Positions 13,094 through 25,843 of a stretch of DNA of 64,000 bases are shown piece by piece. Position 1 is the first letter of the stretch. Each line of letters begins with the position of its first letter. Under the pieces are notes generated by a model. It searched no databases. It was given only the letters and a program-made list of their open reading frames with translations, and had not been told where the DNA came from. A program made the translations under genes and the position numbers. This stretch comes from Hydrolagus colliei (taxonomy: Eukaryota): the NCBI GenBank assembly GCA_035084275.1, contig CM068748.1:10974001-11038000 (forward strand), written 5' to 3'.

Positions 13094-13896
13094 CTGAAAG
13101 TGTTTCATGGTCCTCAGGTGATTAATGGAATTGTCTGCGTTTCAGTCAAACCAAACAAACTAACAAAATTGCAATCGTTCTCTGTTTGGGAAGTTTACAC
13201 CCAATTCCTACTGGATGAAATTACAACTAATTTGCCAATCACACTCAGAAACACCATAAGTATGACTGGAGATAGAATTGGAAATATCACATTTACAATT
13301 GCTGGAATACAGTAAATTCGAGAGCTTTATTCGACATCTGCATGTGCCATTTTATATTTTAAACAGTCAGTTATGTGTCTGACACATATGGAAATTTTAT
13401 TGAGCAAGTAACAAAAGCATGACTATATCAATTTGCAGGTCAGCGAGTTGTCCATGTACTGTTAAATTTGATATTTCAAGCTTATCCACAATTTCTGACA
13501 TGCAAAAGAATGTTTTTCCCCCCATTTACCAACAAAGAATGTTAACTTGTTAAATCCATGCATCATTGATAATGCAATCTGAAAGCATTTGCTGAGGAAG
13601 CATTCTGCAGGACATCAATAAAGCACCACTATTACTATTGATGGGGAAAAATGAACTGGCGGTCAATTAAAATTATCTTCATGTCAATTTTTGTTGCAGT
13701 GTGATTGAAGAAATACCTTGAAATTTGTTTTATTTCTTAACAGTAACCTATTTCACAGATACTTTGGCAAACACATAATGAACACCAGATAGACTCTGTT
13801 GTAATTACGGTTCACTTGATAATGATATGTGAAAATGGAACGTTATTTGCTGAAACATGAATTGAGTGAGTGCAACCGTTACTGTAAAGTGAATTG

Positions 13897-13978
13897 AAGG
13901 CTTTGTCCTGCCTGAAATTGAACCCAGGTCTCCGGCTTGCAAGGCAAGTGCTCTATCCACTAAACCAGAGGACTCCAC
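13897..13978 (-). mobile_element. tRNA-SINE head fragment
   Basis: ttgaacccaggtctc...gtgctctatccact...ggactcc is the reverse complement of the family head. Confidence 0.7.
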
Positions 13979-14041
13979 AATCAGATATCTGCCTAAAATT
14001 ATCATCAGGCCATCCCAGAGCACGCTGTCCAGTTTGCGTGA

Positions 14042-14228
14042 ACAACAACCTGCGCTTATGCGGTACTCTCCACAAAGGGTAGCGTCTCAGAGGGTTTAAC
14101 AGTGGCGGAGCCTGACTTCGAGTCAGGGTGGAGGTGGCTGGTGGAAAAGGAAGGTTTTCAGGTGGGACTAAGAAAAAGGGGAGGGGGCGAGGCAGATGGA
14201 TTGAGGGAGAATGTTGTAGAGTTTAGGG
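14042..14228 (-). mobile_element. L2 LINE 3' end
   Basis: (CAA)n tail, then gggtagcgtctcag and a purine-rich stretch; reverse complement of the 8745-8953 type. Confidence 0.7.
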
Positions 14229-14444
14229 TATTAAAGAGTATTAAAAACTCAAATAAATGTCTTAGCACTTGTAACAATTCTGTCTTCAATGAAAACATAG
14301 TGCTATTTCCTCAGACACTAATTCACATTATGTTTGTTGAAAGAAAGAAAGTAATGGAATGACTAACAAAAGTCTCATCATTTACTGACAAAACATTTGA
14401 AAGTCACATTGTCATTAAAAGCAACCCATATTGTATGAGCAAGA

Positions 14445-14740
14445 AGATAATTTTCATAGGTCTCATCACACTGAATCATCTCAATATGCTCCAGAAGTAA
14501 AGTAACCATCACATATAGTGGCTGAATTTGTATGCAAATGATGCAGCCATTTACCGTACAGCACAGTACCTCAAACAGCCATCAGAATGACCAATTAATT
14601 TGGATGATTGTTGGCCAGGTCCTTGGGAGAAATTCTCTTCACTTTTCTAATAGTGTCAAGGAATTTTTTGCAAAAACAGATGAGACCTTGGTTTCCTGTG
14701 TCATTGAAAATGCTCACATCATGGTTTTTCAGCATTTCTA
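14445..14740 (-). mobile_element. Old Deu-domain SINE (SacSINE1/AmnSINE-like)
   Basis: gcagccattt..cagcac..ctcaaacagc..gaatgacca..tgttggccagg..gggagaa..aatagtgtcaagga..gagaccttggttt: Deu domain in reverse. Confidence 0.55.
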
Positions 14741-14928
14741 AACTCAGACAACCATCTATAGCAAATACATTTCTAGAGAGTCATAGTATTTTTACCTAAA
14801 GGACCTATCATAAAAATGATACATGGGTTAAATCCTAGCTTGTCATGCAGTGCAACCTTGTGGGGAACGTCTTGATTTTGGACTGTACTAAGCTCAGAAA
14901 CCAAAGAGATTTTCTCCTCACTGTCAAT

Positions 14929-15223
14929 TATAATAATCCTTGCATTTGATATAATGCTTTTCATGTCTTCTGGATGTCTGAAAATTCCTCACAGAGTATT
15001 CTGAAAAGTGAATTGACTGTATATTTTTAGGGGTGAAATGCATTAGCCAATTGTCACAAAACAGTCATGGATTGAAGTGACTAATCTATGATTTTTTTTC
15101 TTGAGGGATTATTATTAGACATGTGGAGTAATTAAACTTGCCAAAAGTTTTGCCTTGCTGGGAGTCAAACCCAGATCTCTCACTTTTGAGACAAGCGTTC
15201 TAACCACTGAGCTTTAGGACTCC
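14929..15223 (-). mobile_element. Full-length tRNA-SINE copy
   Basis: Tail taataatccttgcatttgat through head ctaaccactgagctttaggactcc. Confidence 0.9.
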
Positions 15224-15251
15224 AATTACGCCTCTAGTCCAATAAGCCATA

Positions 15252-15500
15252 GGAGTCCAAGGTAGGGTGAAACCATGGGCAAGGTTCCTTACTCCAAACA
15301 TATGATAATAATCCCTCAAGAGAAAAAAAACAATACAAATTTTGTCATTCAATCCGTGATTGTTTTGGGGTCCTTCGTGGCACAATTGGCTGTCGAGTTT
15401 CATCCACAAATATACAGTCAATTCACTTTACAGTATATTCTATGAAGCACTTTGAGACGACTAGAAGATGTAAACAGCGCTATATCAAATGCAAGGATTA
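15252..15500 (+). mobile_element. tRNA-SINE copy with most of the tRNA head deleted
   Basis: ggagtcc joined directly to ggtagggtgaaaccatgggcaag; the Deu-like segment and tail are intact. Confidence 0.85.
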
Positions 15501-17149
15501 AAATTATAGTATTCAATCAGCAGATAAAACCTCACATTATAATTCTGCACTGCTATTTTCCACAAACACTGTATCAATGTACCATTATCATAGACACTTA
15601 ACTTTTAAAGCTGAAATTAATACGTAGACCATCATTGAACTTTCAATGTGTAATTTAAAAAGTGCTTCTGTTGCCTGCATGCTTCGATGAATTAACTAAC
15701 ATAATTGCTATTTAACAGTATTTAATTTTAATCTAATATTTTGTTGATTAAAGAAAAAATGCATTAAGCTACATTAAAAACTGATTAATGCTGTATTACA
15801 TATAACGACCTTTCTAACAAAGCTACATTAATTTGTTTATAATTTGTTCATTTTAACTCCACTTTTAGCAGTAGTTCCTTAGAATCTACTATATATATAT
15901 TTGATGATTGCATTTTAAATTAATCTATTCAAACCAATCTGATCACTAATTGAAAACCATAACTTACAGCCCTATTGATAAATCTTTACAGGATTTAAAC
16001 AGATATTGTTTTGTTACCAGTAGTATTACTCCCCCAAAATCTGTCAAGTCAATGGCAGCAAAAAAACAGTAGACTTATAGGACCAGGTACTATTTGTACA
16101 TTTCTCCAAATGACATGTTTATTGAAATCCTAGATACACAACCAGAGTATCGACCTTTGCCTCTTCTTACTGTCAGTTTGACGTCTGAGGAACATTGCCT
16201 GTTATCTGCTGTCAAATGAAGTTCTTCCCACAGATGGTTATTTTGGAGCTGTGACCTGTAAGTTTCAGTAATACACTGAACATGCCTCTACCTATGAAAA
16301 TGTCTTCACCTATCAAGCCAGCAGGGAGGATTGCATTTATAGATTTGTCATTGAGTTTGCAAGTGTTTTCAATGGTAAATTGCACGTGTAAATAGGCAGT
16401 CTTTTTGAAGGACGCACTCAGCATTAGGAGGTGTGTGAGAAATGCACAGATGAATTCAAGCTGTTATTTAATATCAGTAACTTGTTGTACATCACCACAA
16501 ATTACTGATCGAAAACACCTTGAGCAGAATGATGGGGAAAGTCCCATACAACAACTTGCATTTATATGTAACTGCATGGAAATGAAAGTTTTTTTTAGAA
16601 TCCTGTACACAAGGACTGTAGCAAATAATGATTGAAGGCTCATCCTACTTGCTAAGAATAATTGCAGCAAACATTTCATGATTTTGTACCAAAAACACTT
16701 TGGGGCCACTTTACATTTTATTTTTGATTATAATAGTTTAAATAAATTATAAATTGGCTGTTATCTAACTACTTGGGGAATACAGCAGCTTGGAGCATTT
16801 TCAAAACCAATTAAAAAAACGTAGGTAAAATTTGTTCCGTATGGAGCATAAACAAGGTGAAATATACAGAATAGCTACATTTTTAAACTTGAGAATAAGG
16901 AACCCAAAAGCGCACAAGATAATATTGTTTTATTGATAAGATGGATGATGAATAAAAATTACCAGCATGTTGCATGATGTGAAAAGTTTGGCAATTGAAA
17001 CAACTCCGTGATTGTCAGGATTTTTAAAGCAAGGCAATGGATACTGCAGTGTTATGACTTATTTTTAACCCATGAAAAGACAATTTTTGCATTTTGTTTG
17101 ATGAATGTGATGTTACTCAAATAATACAAGCGTACAAAAACTCTACAGT

Positions 17150-17460
17150 AACAACAACTTGCTTTTATATTGAATGCTTAATGTAGGACAACGTTTTTCC
17201 GAGCGCTTTACAAAGATGAAATCTACCAAAGGGAAGTGGAAATGGTGACCTTAAGCAAGGATGATGAGGTAGGTTTTACAACAACAAACTTACATTTGTA
17301 TAGCGCCTTTCACATCAGGAGGACATCGTTTTAGGAGGGATTTAAAAGACCGATAGAGAAGGGGTGAGGGAGAAAGGCAGAGAGGATTTCCAGAGGTAGG
17401 GGGCATTGTAGCTGAAAGCTCAAAAATGACAGAGATCAAGCAGCAGGCCCAGATTGGGTA
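17150..17460 (-). mobile_element. L2 LINE 3' end interrupted by a short nested L2 tail (17279-17328)
   Basis: aacaacaacttgc tail; nested caacaacaaac...tagcgcctttcacatcaggaggacatc flanked by a GTTTTA duplication; the host resumes with ggagggatttaaa. Confidence 0.7.
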
Positions 17461-20400
17461 ATTGGGGAAGTGAGAAGAATGGGGTAAAAGAAGATGGCCA
17501 GAGACACTGAGGTAGGGGCGGTTTATAGGTGAGGTCGAGTACCATGACCTTGACATTCTCCATGGTTGCACCTGAATTCTAGTTTAAATCTCATCACTCA
17601 CAAGTTCAACCGCAGTGATGCTGCTCGAACTGCATGTGGATTTTGAGTTACTCTGCAAATACAGTAATCGGGGTGTTACATTTATACTTTACTTTAGTTG
17701 CATGGCTCTCCTTGTTTTGACTTTGGAAAGCTTTGCAATGTGTCTACTGTAGATGTCATTTTTAGAGAGCATTTCTAAAAAGCTTTGGAGAAAAATGTTG
17801 TGTGACCTCCACTGAGCTGTGTGACAATTGTGTTGGTGCGACTGAAAGAGAAAGTACACAACCCCCTCTGTCAATATCAGAATAGAATGCAGAAAACATT
17901 GGACCCAAGCTGTGACCTGGAAATCATGTGCTGTACCTGAGATATTTTTAAACTCATACAAATTGTTTTTGTCTTCAAGGCATCAGCAATTGCATATTCA
18001 ATTTCAGAAGTAGCAATTATTCTTTCCCCAAACCCCAAATTACGAATATTTCACACCATACAATGTACCCAGCAGAGACAGCAGGCACTTCCTGGAACAC
18101 AACAAGAAGGTACAGAACTCATACATGCCCTCTGAATCCCTCCTTATCAGATGGTGTTTCACCTTGGCTCCCTTTAGCGGAGGATCCAGCTGAGATTATG
18201 AACTTGTATGGTGAGGAGCTAGTGTGAAGCTGCTTCCCATCTGTGTGTTGCTTTGAGTTGGCTGGTATACCAACACACTTAAAATACAGAACCAACAAAA
18301 AAGAACATGGTGAACGTCACTGTGAGTTGTATCACAAATTAAGTTTTGGTCTGTGTGAATGCAATACAAATGTGGAACTCTCTCTCTCTCTCTGGCTGGT
18401 TTGGATACTCTTAAATATGGTATATTTCTGCATCCAGCTCACCAAAAAAACACTTTACTAGCATCCCAAATTTTGAGATCCCAAATACAAATCCCAAAGG
18501 ATTTATTTTAAATGTTTCATTCCTTGTAATAACATCACTCATTGAAAAAAACCGCTGAGGACCCAGTGCATAAAGGTTTTGAAATAAATTAGTCATGATG
18601 TAATGTGAACACTAAAGTATCTTGGTAAAATTAGCACGTTTTTGTTTTCATTATAACAGGTAAATTATACATTTTTCATTAAACGGTAACAGAAATGTCT
18701 TTGATGTCTCTATTATTGGACCTCTCTGTGGGAGAACCGTCATTTCTATCAGAAAGAGACAACTTGGATGCAAAGGTAGCTCTCTGTGCTAATGGGAGGA
18801 CAGGCATACCTAGACACAGCTAGAGTTACATTACATTCACTAACAGCAAGGGAATTACGGGAGCCATCACTTACCGAGATCTCCAGATTGGAAACAGAAG
18901 GCATTTCATATTCAGGAAACACAAGTCAATAATTTTGTTTATTAAGATGAGGGATTACAGTTTAAGAAAGCACGACATTATCTTGTAACCAGAAACAGCA
19001 TGGAATATGATCAATTACAGTACGCATCAGCTAAGAATAGAATTCTACGTATTCATTCATGATTTACTGTGTATTTAAACACTAGCCACATAGGATAAAG
19101 GACTTATCAGGGCAATGTCAAGTCGGTTATAGGATGGAGCAGCAACATATTAGGCTCCCCATTCATTGTATTGTTTGCTCATCAATTGAGTCCAAGTGTT
19201 AGAAGGGCTGAAGGTGACACATCATCCGTATGTGTATAATGTGAGGTTCGAATTGAATGAGATTCAGAAGCCTCAACTGGGTGTCGCCCTCATGATCAAA
19301 AGAGTTTCACAGCTTCACAGCCACAATGCCAGTGGAATGCATTAAGGCAAATAAATATAGCTGGAGTGAACCCATGTTATTCGTTTTGATCGAATAGTAC
19401 TGCAGTGCGTGTTACATGAACAGGGTTGTGCATCATAAAAACATAAATTTCACCCTCTCTTAATTCACATAGTAGAAATGTAAAAGGTAATTTTCATGAT
19501 TCCATCTACATATAGTGCTGCACTGAAACTTAAGGCCCAGTTCAGTTATTTTCCCAATTAATGCCGTGCACTCTTAGGTTCCGAGAACTAAGCCTCACCA
19601 TTAGCAAAGAAGACTCTAAAACTCCAGTTTGTATACCACAGTACTGAAACAAATCTTTGTAAACATTTTCTAATGTAAAAATTACAGAGTGTGAGTATCA
19701 GATATTGATACACAATTGAACTGATTTCACTCTTGATATGGGCCTAAAAAAGTGCAAAAGACTCTTGCAATTTCTATATTGCAGATTAATCATCTGCCCC
19801 CTACCCATCTCCCCTTACAACTGGCATAGTGGCAATCAACCTGTAAATTAAATAAATTGCTGTTGCAGGAAATGAAAACGTTCCACTAGTGGCAGCCCTC
19901 TCATTTATTACATAAACTTCTGTTGATTTCTCCTGGCTTTTTAAAATGTAGTTTCTCCCATCTTAGTTCAACCTTATCGTTCTCTACTCTCCAAATTCCA
20001 CGATCTGAATCTCTTATGCAGCAAATACGCACTTAGATAACATATCTGGTGAGTTCCACTTCATTATCTTTATCTCTTGGACAGCTTGCTACATTGTAGT
20101 TTTGTGGGGGTAGATAGAAAAGAGGTATTCTGAACTCAGCAAGGTCCCAATTTTTGCCAAGTCATCAGGAAAGGCACAGAACAAATGGCAAGTGTGTTCT
20201 TCAAATAGGAAATATAGGTGGGGGGGTGGGGCAGTTCAGTTGCTTTGAAATGGACGATCAAATGGTTAAAAAAGAAATCACATTTCAGTTACGGTAGATC
20301 TGGATATGGCACTGACAATTCACCAGTTGCAGGAATGCACAACAATGGCAGAATATAGATTATTTTTCTCCTGAAGGAATTATTTTTAGCCTTGTAGACC

Positions 20401-21019
20401 GAGCATAGGGTGTTCAAATATTAACTAGGAAACAAAGAAGAACAATGTGCTGAACAGCAGCTCTGAGGTGTGATTGACTGGTCAAATCAACCTGAAATAT
20501 TCATAACTAACATTTAATGTACCTCATTCTGAATAAAAATAAAATAAAATAAGTATTTTTTTTGACAGAATGTGAAATCCTGCAAGATGTTTTAAATACC
20601 AACATCTGCTAAGTGTATTAATTAGCCATTTAGCGAATGCAATTTGTCATTAAATTCATACTGCAGCTCAATTAAATTAGGCAGTCTAACAATTTGTAAA
20701 TGTATTCTCATTAATTCACAGGAACCACATCAATTCAGACTGTCATTTTGCTTGAGAAATGGGTGGCAGAATATTTCAGTAGCCAAGTCAGGCTTTTTGA
20801 ATTTCTAAAATCACATTTGTGAGTGCAAGCTTCCAATTCTTATTGAAAGCTGCAAAAACAATCACAAGATAAACTGCAGAAATTCTTTACAATTAACTGA
20901 ATTCTTGGCAAAAGTCTGCGTATGAAGATGATATTCTGTAGACGGGCTGAAATTACAGAAATATCACAAAGCACATGACAACATTTTAATTATTGTATTA
21001 GTAAGTGTCAGCCTGCTGA

Positions 21020-21337
21020 CAGTCCAGTGCTAGTTAGCATTGTATTGTATTAAAGGTCTCACTCTTGGCCGAAATATTCAACAGAGGTTCAAGTTGATAT
21101 TAAAGCTGTCGTGGCAATATTTGAAAAACAGGAGGAAATTTATTTTGGAGTCCTGGCCAGCCAAATTAAATTGATCATTAGTTTCATGACTGTTTGCAGA
21201 ACATAGTGTGCCAAAAATGACTTCCACCTTCATCTACAAAATGTACAGTCGCTACAGTTTATAAATTCTGTGAAGTGCTTTCAGAGGTATCGCTGATGTG
21301 ATAAGCCATTATATCATTTGCAAGAATCATCATCATT
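21020..21337 (+). mobile_element. Old Deu-domain SINE (SacSINE1-like)
   Basis: acagaggt..gatattaaag..gtggcaatatttgaa..ggagtcctggcca..gactgtttg..ctgtgaagtgcttt.. and an (ATC)n tail. Confidence 0.6.
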
Positions 21338-21471
21338 TAACCTTTTGATGTTCTCCAACTTTTAAAAAAATGACTTTAAAAGCTCTTTTCTCGGTGGCTT
21401 TGTTTTCCACTGATCCACACTCTCTGCAAATCACTGAAGCAGGGACACCTCCAGCCACTACCACCACTCTT

Positions 21472-21516
21472 GTTAAAAACATCCACTACTAACGTTAAAA
21501 ACATCCACTACTAACG
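21472..21516. repeat. 22-bp perfect tandem duplication
   Basis: gttaaaaacatccactactaac occurs twice. Confidence 0.9.
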
Positions 21517-21909
21517 AGTCTGGTGATCCTCTCCCACCCTATGTGGAGAAACACCTAGCCTCTGTAATACAAGTATAAGGAACAAAGTTCACTTGATACT
21601 CTCAATCAAGTTACTACAGACTCAAATATTTCCACAAAGTAATATCATCCAATCCAAATTTAGCAAGTACTGATAGAAATAAGCCAGTATGTAAAATCCT
21701 TTTCCATCCCACTTCTCATTAATGGTAAACAAAACTGGCTTCCGTGGTAGATAATTTCCAATCTTTTTCAATGTTGACTTTATTAGGGTATGAATTTGAT
21801 TTACGAAACATTTCATGCCTTTTCAGGTGCACAACTCCTCAAACTGCAATTATGGATGTTGTCAATATTGTTGAAACACTATCATTCAGTTTCTAAATTA
21901 TTAGAAGTA

Positions 21910-22030
21910 TCAATCAATCAAAACTTACATTAATATAGTGCCTTTCACATCGAGAGGACGTCCCAAGGCGCTGTACAGTTCAGTAGGGACAAGAACAGGG
22001 GGGATGGCTTGGGGCAGGATGAAGAAGAGT
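21910..22030 (-). mobile_element. Short L2 3' end, adjacent to a SINE fragment (22037-22113, minus strand)
   Basis: (CAAT)n tail and tagtgcctttcacatcgagaggacgtcccaaggcgctg; the neighbouring gcagccaaattgtgcgcagcagtgtcccacaaacaatcatgg is SINE Deu-like sequence. Confidence 0.75.
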
Positions 22031-23751
22031 TGGAAAATTGACTGTACAATATATTTGTAGCTGAAACGTGGCAGCCAAATTGTGCGCAGCAGTGTCCCAC
22101 AAACAATCATGGAAGTAGGATTAAGGGAAAAAGAACATATCTCAAAATAGCACCCAACAAGAAAACAAAACACAATCAAACAAATTCTGGCTTTGCAAAA
22201 TGTTCCTTGTAATAGTGCAACTATGTGCTATATCAAGTTTTTGTAAAAATGTTCTTGGTTGTCCAAGAAAAGTAACCATCAGTACAAAAACTACAGTAGT
22301 TTAAAGGCTTTAACAGCTTAATAGGGGCAACACATGCTGCCAGCCTCACAACATATTTTAAGATTAGTCAAATGATCCATCTTCTTGGTCTGGGATCAAT
22401 TGTGCTTCAATAATTATAATACAGCCAGATTTCTCACCTATAACATACTTACTTTGACTGAGTCCTTCAATTTGTGCATCATCCAATACTGATTCAGCAA
22501 AAACAAGATAATTTTAGACCCACAAATTCTTCTATTTCAAAGTCTGCAAGAGTTAAGACAGCAAGTTTTATTGATTGAGGACTAAGAGGTTTGTGTTATT
22601 AAGTGCTGGAAATTTCACAGCATGTCCATCAACACCTGAATGGAAAATGTGCTTCAAGTGTGACCTTTCATTAAATCTCAGTATGGTTCAGCTGAGGAAA
22701 GTGTGCATTCTGGAGGGAAAAAAAGGCTGCACAAGACTAGAGGAATGTGCAATCAGCTGCAACTCTTCACATCGAGGGACAAATCCCACTTGCTGAACAG
22801 CTCTTACCACTCATGACCACCATAGTATTTAAGAGAAACAATATAACCTATAACATGTAACAGATACTAGTCAACTGATATTTACCAATACTTTACTGGG
22901 TTCAACATTTATATTTTAGATAGATATATTCTCACTAATTAATGAGTTGCAAAATTTAATTTTTTTAAAATTTAATTTTGCTACTAAACAGAACATCATC
23001 TAGATTTCTATAAGAGCTATGACTATAATATAATGACTGCTTAAGATGTGAAATCACTGGATTTACTGTTGCTGAAATGCCATAGATATGGAATATTTTG
23101 TCCAGTGTTACTCTGTTATATTGAGTTTCTTCCCTTCATAGTGTGTCATGGGTTTCCAATTGATTGCATTTTTTTTCCTTTTTTATAATTGAACACATTA
23201 TAAAGAGCTAGTAATAGAGTAATATTCATATGTTTACCGTATTCAAGATCTCCATTTTTTAGCCTACTTTTCATCCAAGAGGAAAGGACAAACATATAAT
23301 TTACTTAGCATCCAGGATTCTCTGCTCAATAGTTTTTCTTGAAAGACACTAGGAAAATGTGAAGAAGAAATTAAATCACAGCTTTATTGCAAATGTATAA
23401 AATGAGATACAGGTAGAGTCCCCAGTGTTCCTTTGTTCAATGATAATAAATATGTATTGAGTAAATACAAATTGCATAGAAAGCTCTCCTGGTAATTTAG
23501 TGCTAAAGAGAAGTTGCATTCCAGACAGCCTTTGGTAATTGATACCATAAGGACACTTACTATTTCGTGCTAACTTTAATAATGTTTCAGATTATGTGGG
23601 AGCCAGATTTCTCATGAGCAAACTGAACTGAGAAGTTTTTTAAAAAAAACAAAGGGCTATGATTGGAAAGCTTTTACTCTGTGATATACAACCTGAAAAT
23701 TCTAAATGAATGAAAATCACCTTTAAAAATTGATCCAGGTGACAACCCACT

Positions 23752-23869
23752 GTCAGCCTGGCTCAGTTGGTAGCACTGCAGCCTCTGAGTCAGCAGATTG
23801 TGGATTGAAACCCCATTGCGGGCAATTGCAGTAAATGCAGAAGCACTGAGCAGCAATTATACTCCAGTA
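23752..23869 (+). mobile_element. SacSINE1-like tRNA head fragment
   Basis: tgtcagcctggctcagttggtagcact..cctctgagtcag..gtggattgaaacccca; same head as the copy at 24824. Confidence 0.6.
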
Positions 23870-23963
23870 TAATAATAATCCTTGCATTTGACATAGCACT
23901 TTTCAATGAACCCAGGTCTCTCACTTGTAAGGTGAGTGATCTAACCATTGAGCTACAGGACTC
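23870..23963 (-). mobile_element. Internally deleted tRNA-SINE (head fused to tail)
   Basis: taataataatccttgcatttgacatagcacttttca joined to tgaacccaggtctctcac...ctaaccattgagctacaggactc. Confidence 0.8.
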
Positions 23964-24823
23964 TGCAAAGACAAATTTTAGATACGCAGTGCACATGGTA
24001 GAAGATTTCAAACACTAATTTCTATTTCTATAATTCGTGTAATTCTCAGGAACAATTTCAATATACAGTATACACATATTAGCCTTATAAGAGGTAATCA
24101 TTTACATATGCTTATTTTTGTATGGTTTATATATAACTGAGAATCAGCTCCATGAATAAAAGCTGTCTGTTCGCTTTCTGATACTGTATGATTTGTCCAT
24201 GTTTTAGTGTCAATTCCTATGTACAGTACTTGCAGTGACTGACGTCCTGTCACAATTCATTACAGCTATACCTGAGCATTATTCTGGAATTAGACACTGA
24301 AGTCTACCTAGTTTTTCTGCATACAACATTGGTTTGTTGATCTTGTAACTCGGATGTCCAAAGGAAGCATTGGACATTGGAGACGCAGGAAGAATTTTTC
24401 TAAGAAATAATATTCTAGTTTTGCATTGATCTTGGATACATCACAGGTAGAACAATACAGAGTCAGTCAGGTTTCACTAAGTCAATTGGTCCGGGTGTCA
24501 AAATCAAAATTGTTTCTAAACATTACATAATTTACTATGGCATTGTTTGCAAACCGATTGTGCTGGCCACGCAATAGGATACGGTAAGAAGTGCTATGCT
24601 TTGCACAGAACAAAAAATGGGGGTATCACAGGCTTGTAATAAACTGCCAATGTGAGTATATTCTCTTCTACTACCATGCCGTATACTGCTGCTCAGACCA
24701 ATTACCACTTAGCATTGAAGCTGTTACATAAAGCTTCTGTTAATGATCCAGCTTGTTTTTTATTCTTATGGTTAGGACTATGATAGAAACACAGGGTCAC
24801 AGCAGAGTACTTTAATTAATTGG

Positions 24824-25250
24824 TGTCAGCCTGACTCAGTTGGTAGCTCTTTCGCTTCTGAGACAGAAGGTCGTCGGTTCAAACCCTCACATCAGCATTT
24901 TGAACTTGCAGGCTATGCTGACACTTCAACGCTGTACTGTCATGGCCTTGCATTGTTGAAGGTGCCACCCTTCTGGTGAGTCTTTTAACTGAGGTTGTGT
25001 CTGCCTGTTCAGGTGGATGTTTATGATCCCATGCTGTTAAGTGAGTTTCTCCTGGTGTTCTGGCCAACAATCCACAAAATAAAATGAATTGTTCACTTCA
25101 ATAGCTCAATTTGAACTTTGTTGTGTTAAATTTGCTGATACCTTCATCTCCAAAATACAGGGTCACTACAAATGAAGAGAAATTCTGTGAAGCACTTTGC
25201 AATGTCCTTCTCTACTTTGCGATAAAAGGTGCTAAATTAAATGCAAGACT
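24824..25250 (+). mobile_element. Near full-length SacSINE1/AmnSINE-like Deu-domain SINE
   Basis: tRNA head (ctcagttggtagc, ggttcaaaccc), gctgacact, ggtgcc..cttc..actgagg..tctgcctgttcaggtggatgt..gatcccatg..tctcctggtgttctggccaaca, and the tail aaaggtgct..aaatgcaag. Confidence 0.75.
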
Positions 25251-25721
25251 TAATATATATTATTCATTTAGCTTCATGTATAGCAGCATCAATTCCACTG
25301 AATCATTTAAAGAAGTCATTGGGTGTGGTGTGCCATTTTAAAATGGATTTAATTATTTTGGCTCTTTCTTTTAAAACTAAATGTTCTTTGTTGCTTGGCT
25401 TCTCTCAGTTGACTGTAAGATGGGTTCCCTGTGGTGTGGTCTTCAGTCAGTTTTGATTTATCAGCATTACCTTAAGCTAAGCACATCATCCACCAGGGAA
25501 ATGTCACTGAGACAGATTCTCCAGCAGTTTAAAACCCAATGTCTCCTAAGAATGTTAGGATCTTTCCCCCAACTAGAGGTCAAGTTGTAATAGAGGTTTC
25601 AGTGAAGGAAACAATTTGTCAAAATGAATTATCTCCAACACTTTAAATCACAGATAGAAACAGTGAAGGAGAATGTGGTAAGGAAGTGCTGTATATGGAA
25701 AATAACCTGCGTTCAACAACT

Positions 25722-25843
25722 TCAAGAACTTTGATTAATATAGCGCCCTCCACGCCGGACAGCGTCTCATTCAACAACAACAACAACAAAATGACATGTA
25801 TAGAGCCCCTTTCACGTTGGGAGGACATCCCAAGCCACTGAAC
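25722..25843 (-). mobile_element. Two adjacent/nested short L2 tails
   Basis: tagcgccctccacgcc..cgtctca, followed by (CAA)n..tttcacgttgggaggacatcccaag flanked by ATTCA. Confidence 0.7.
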
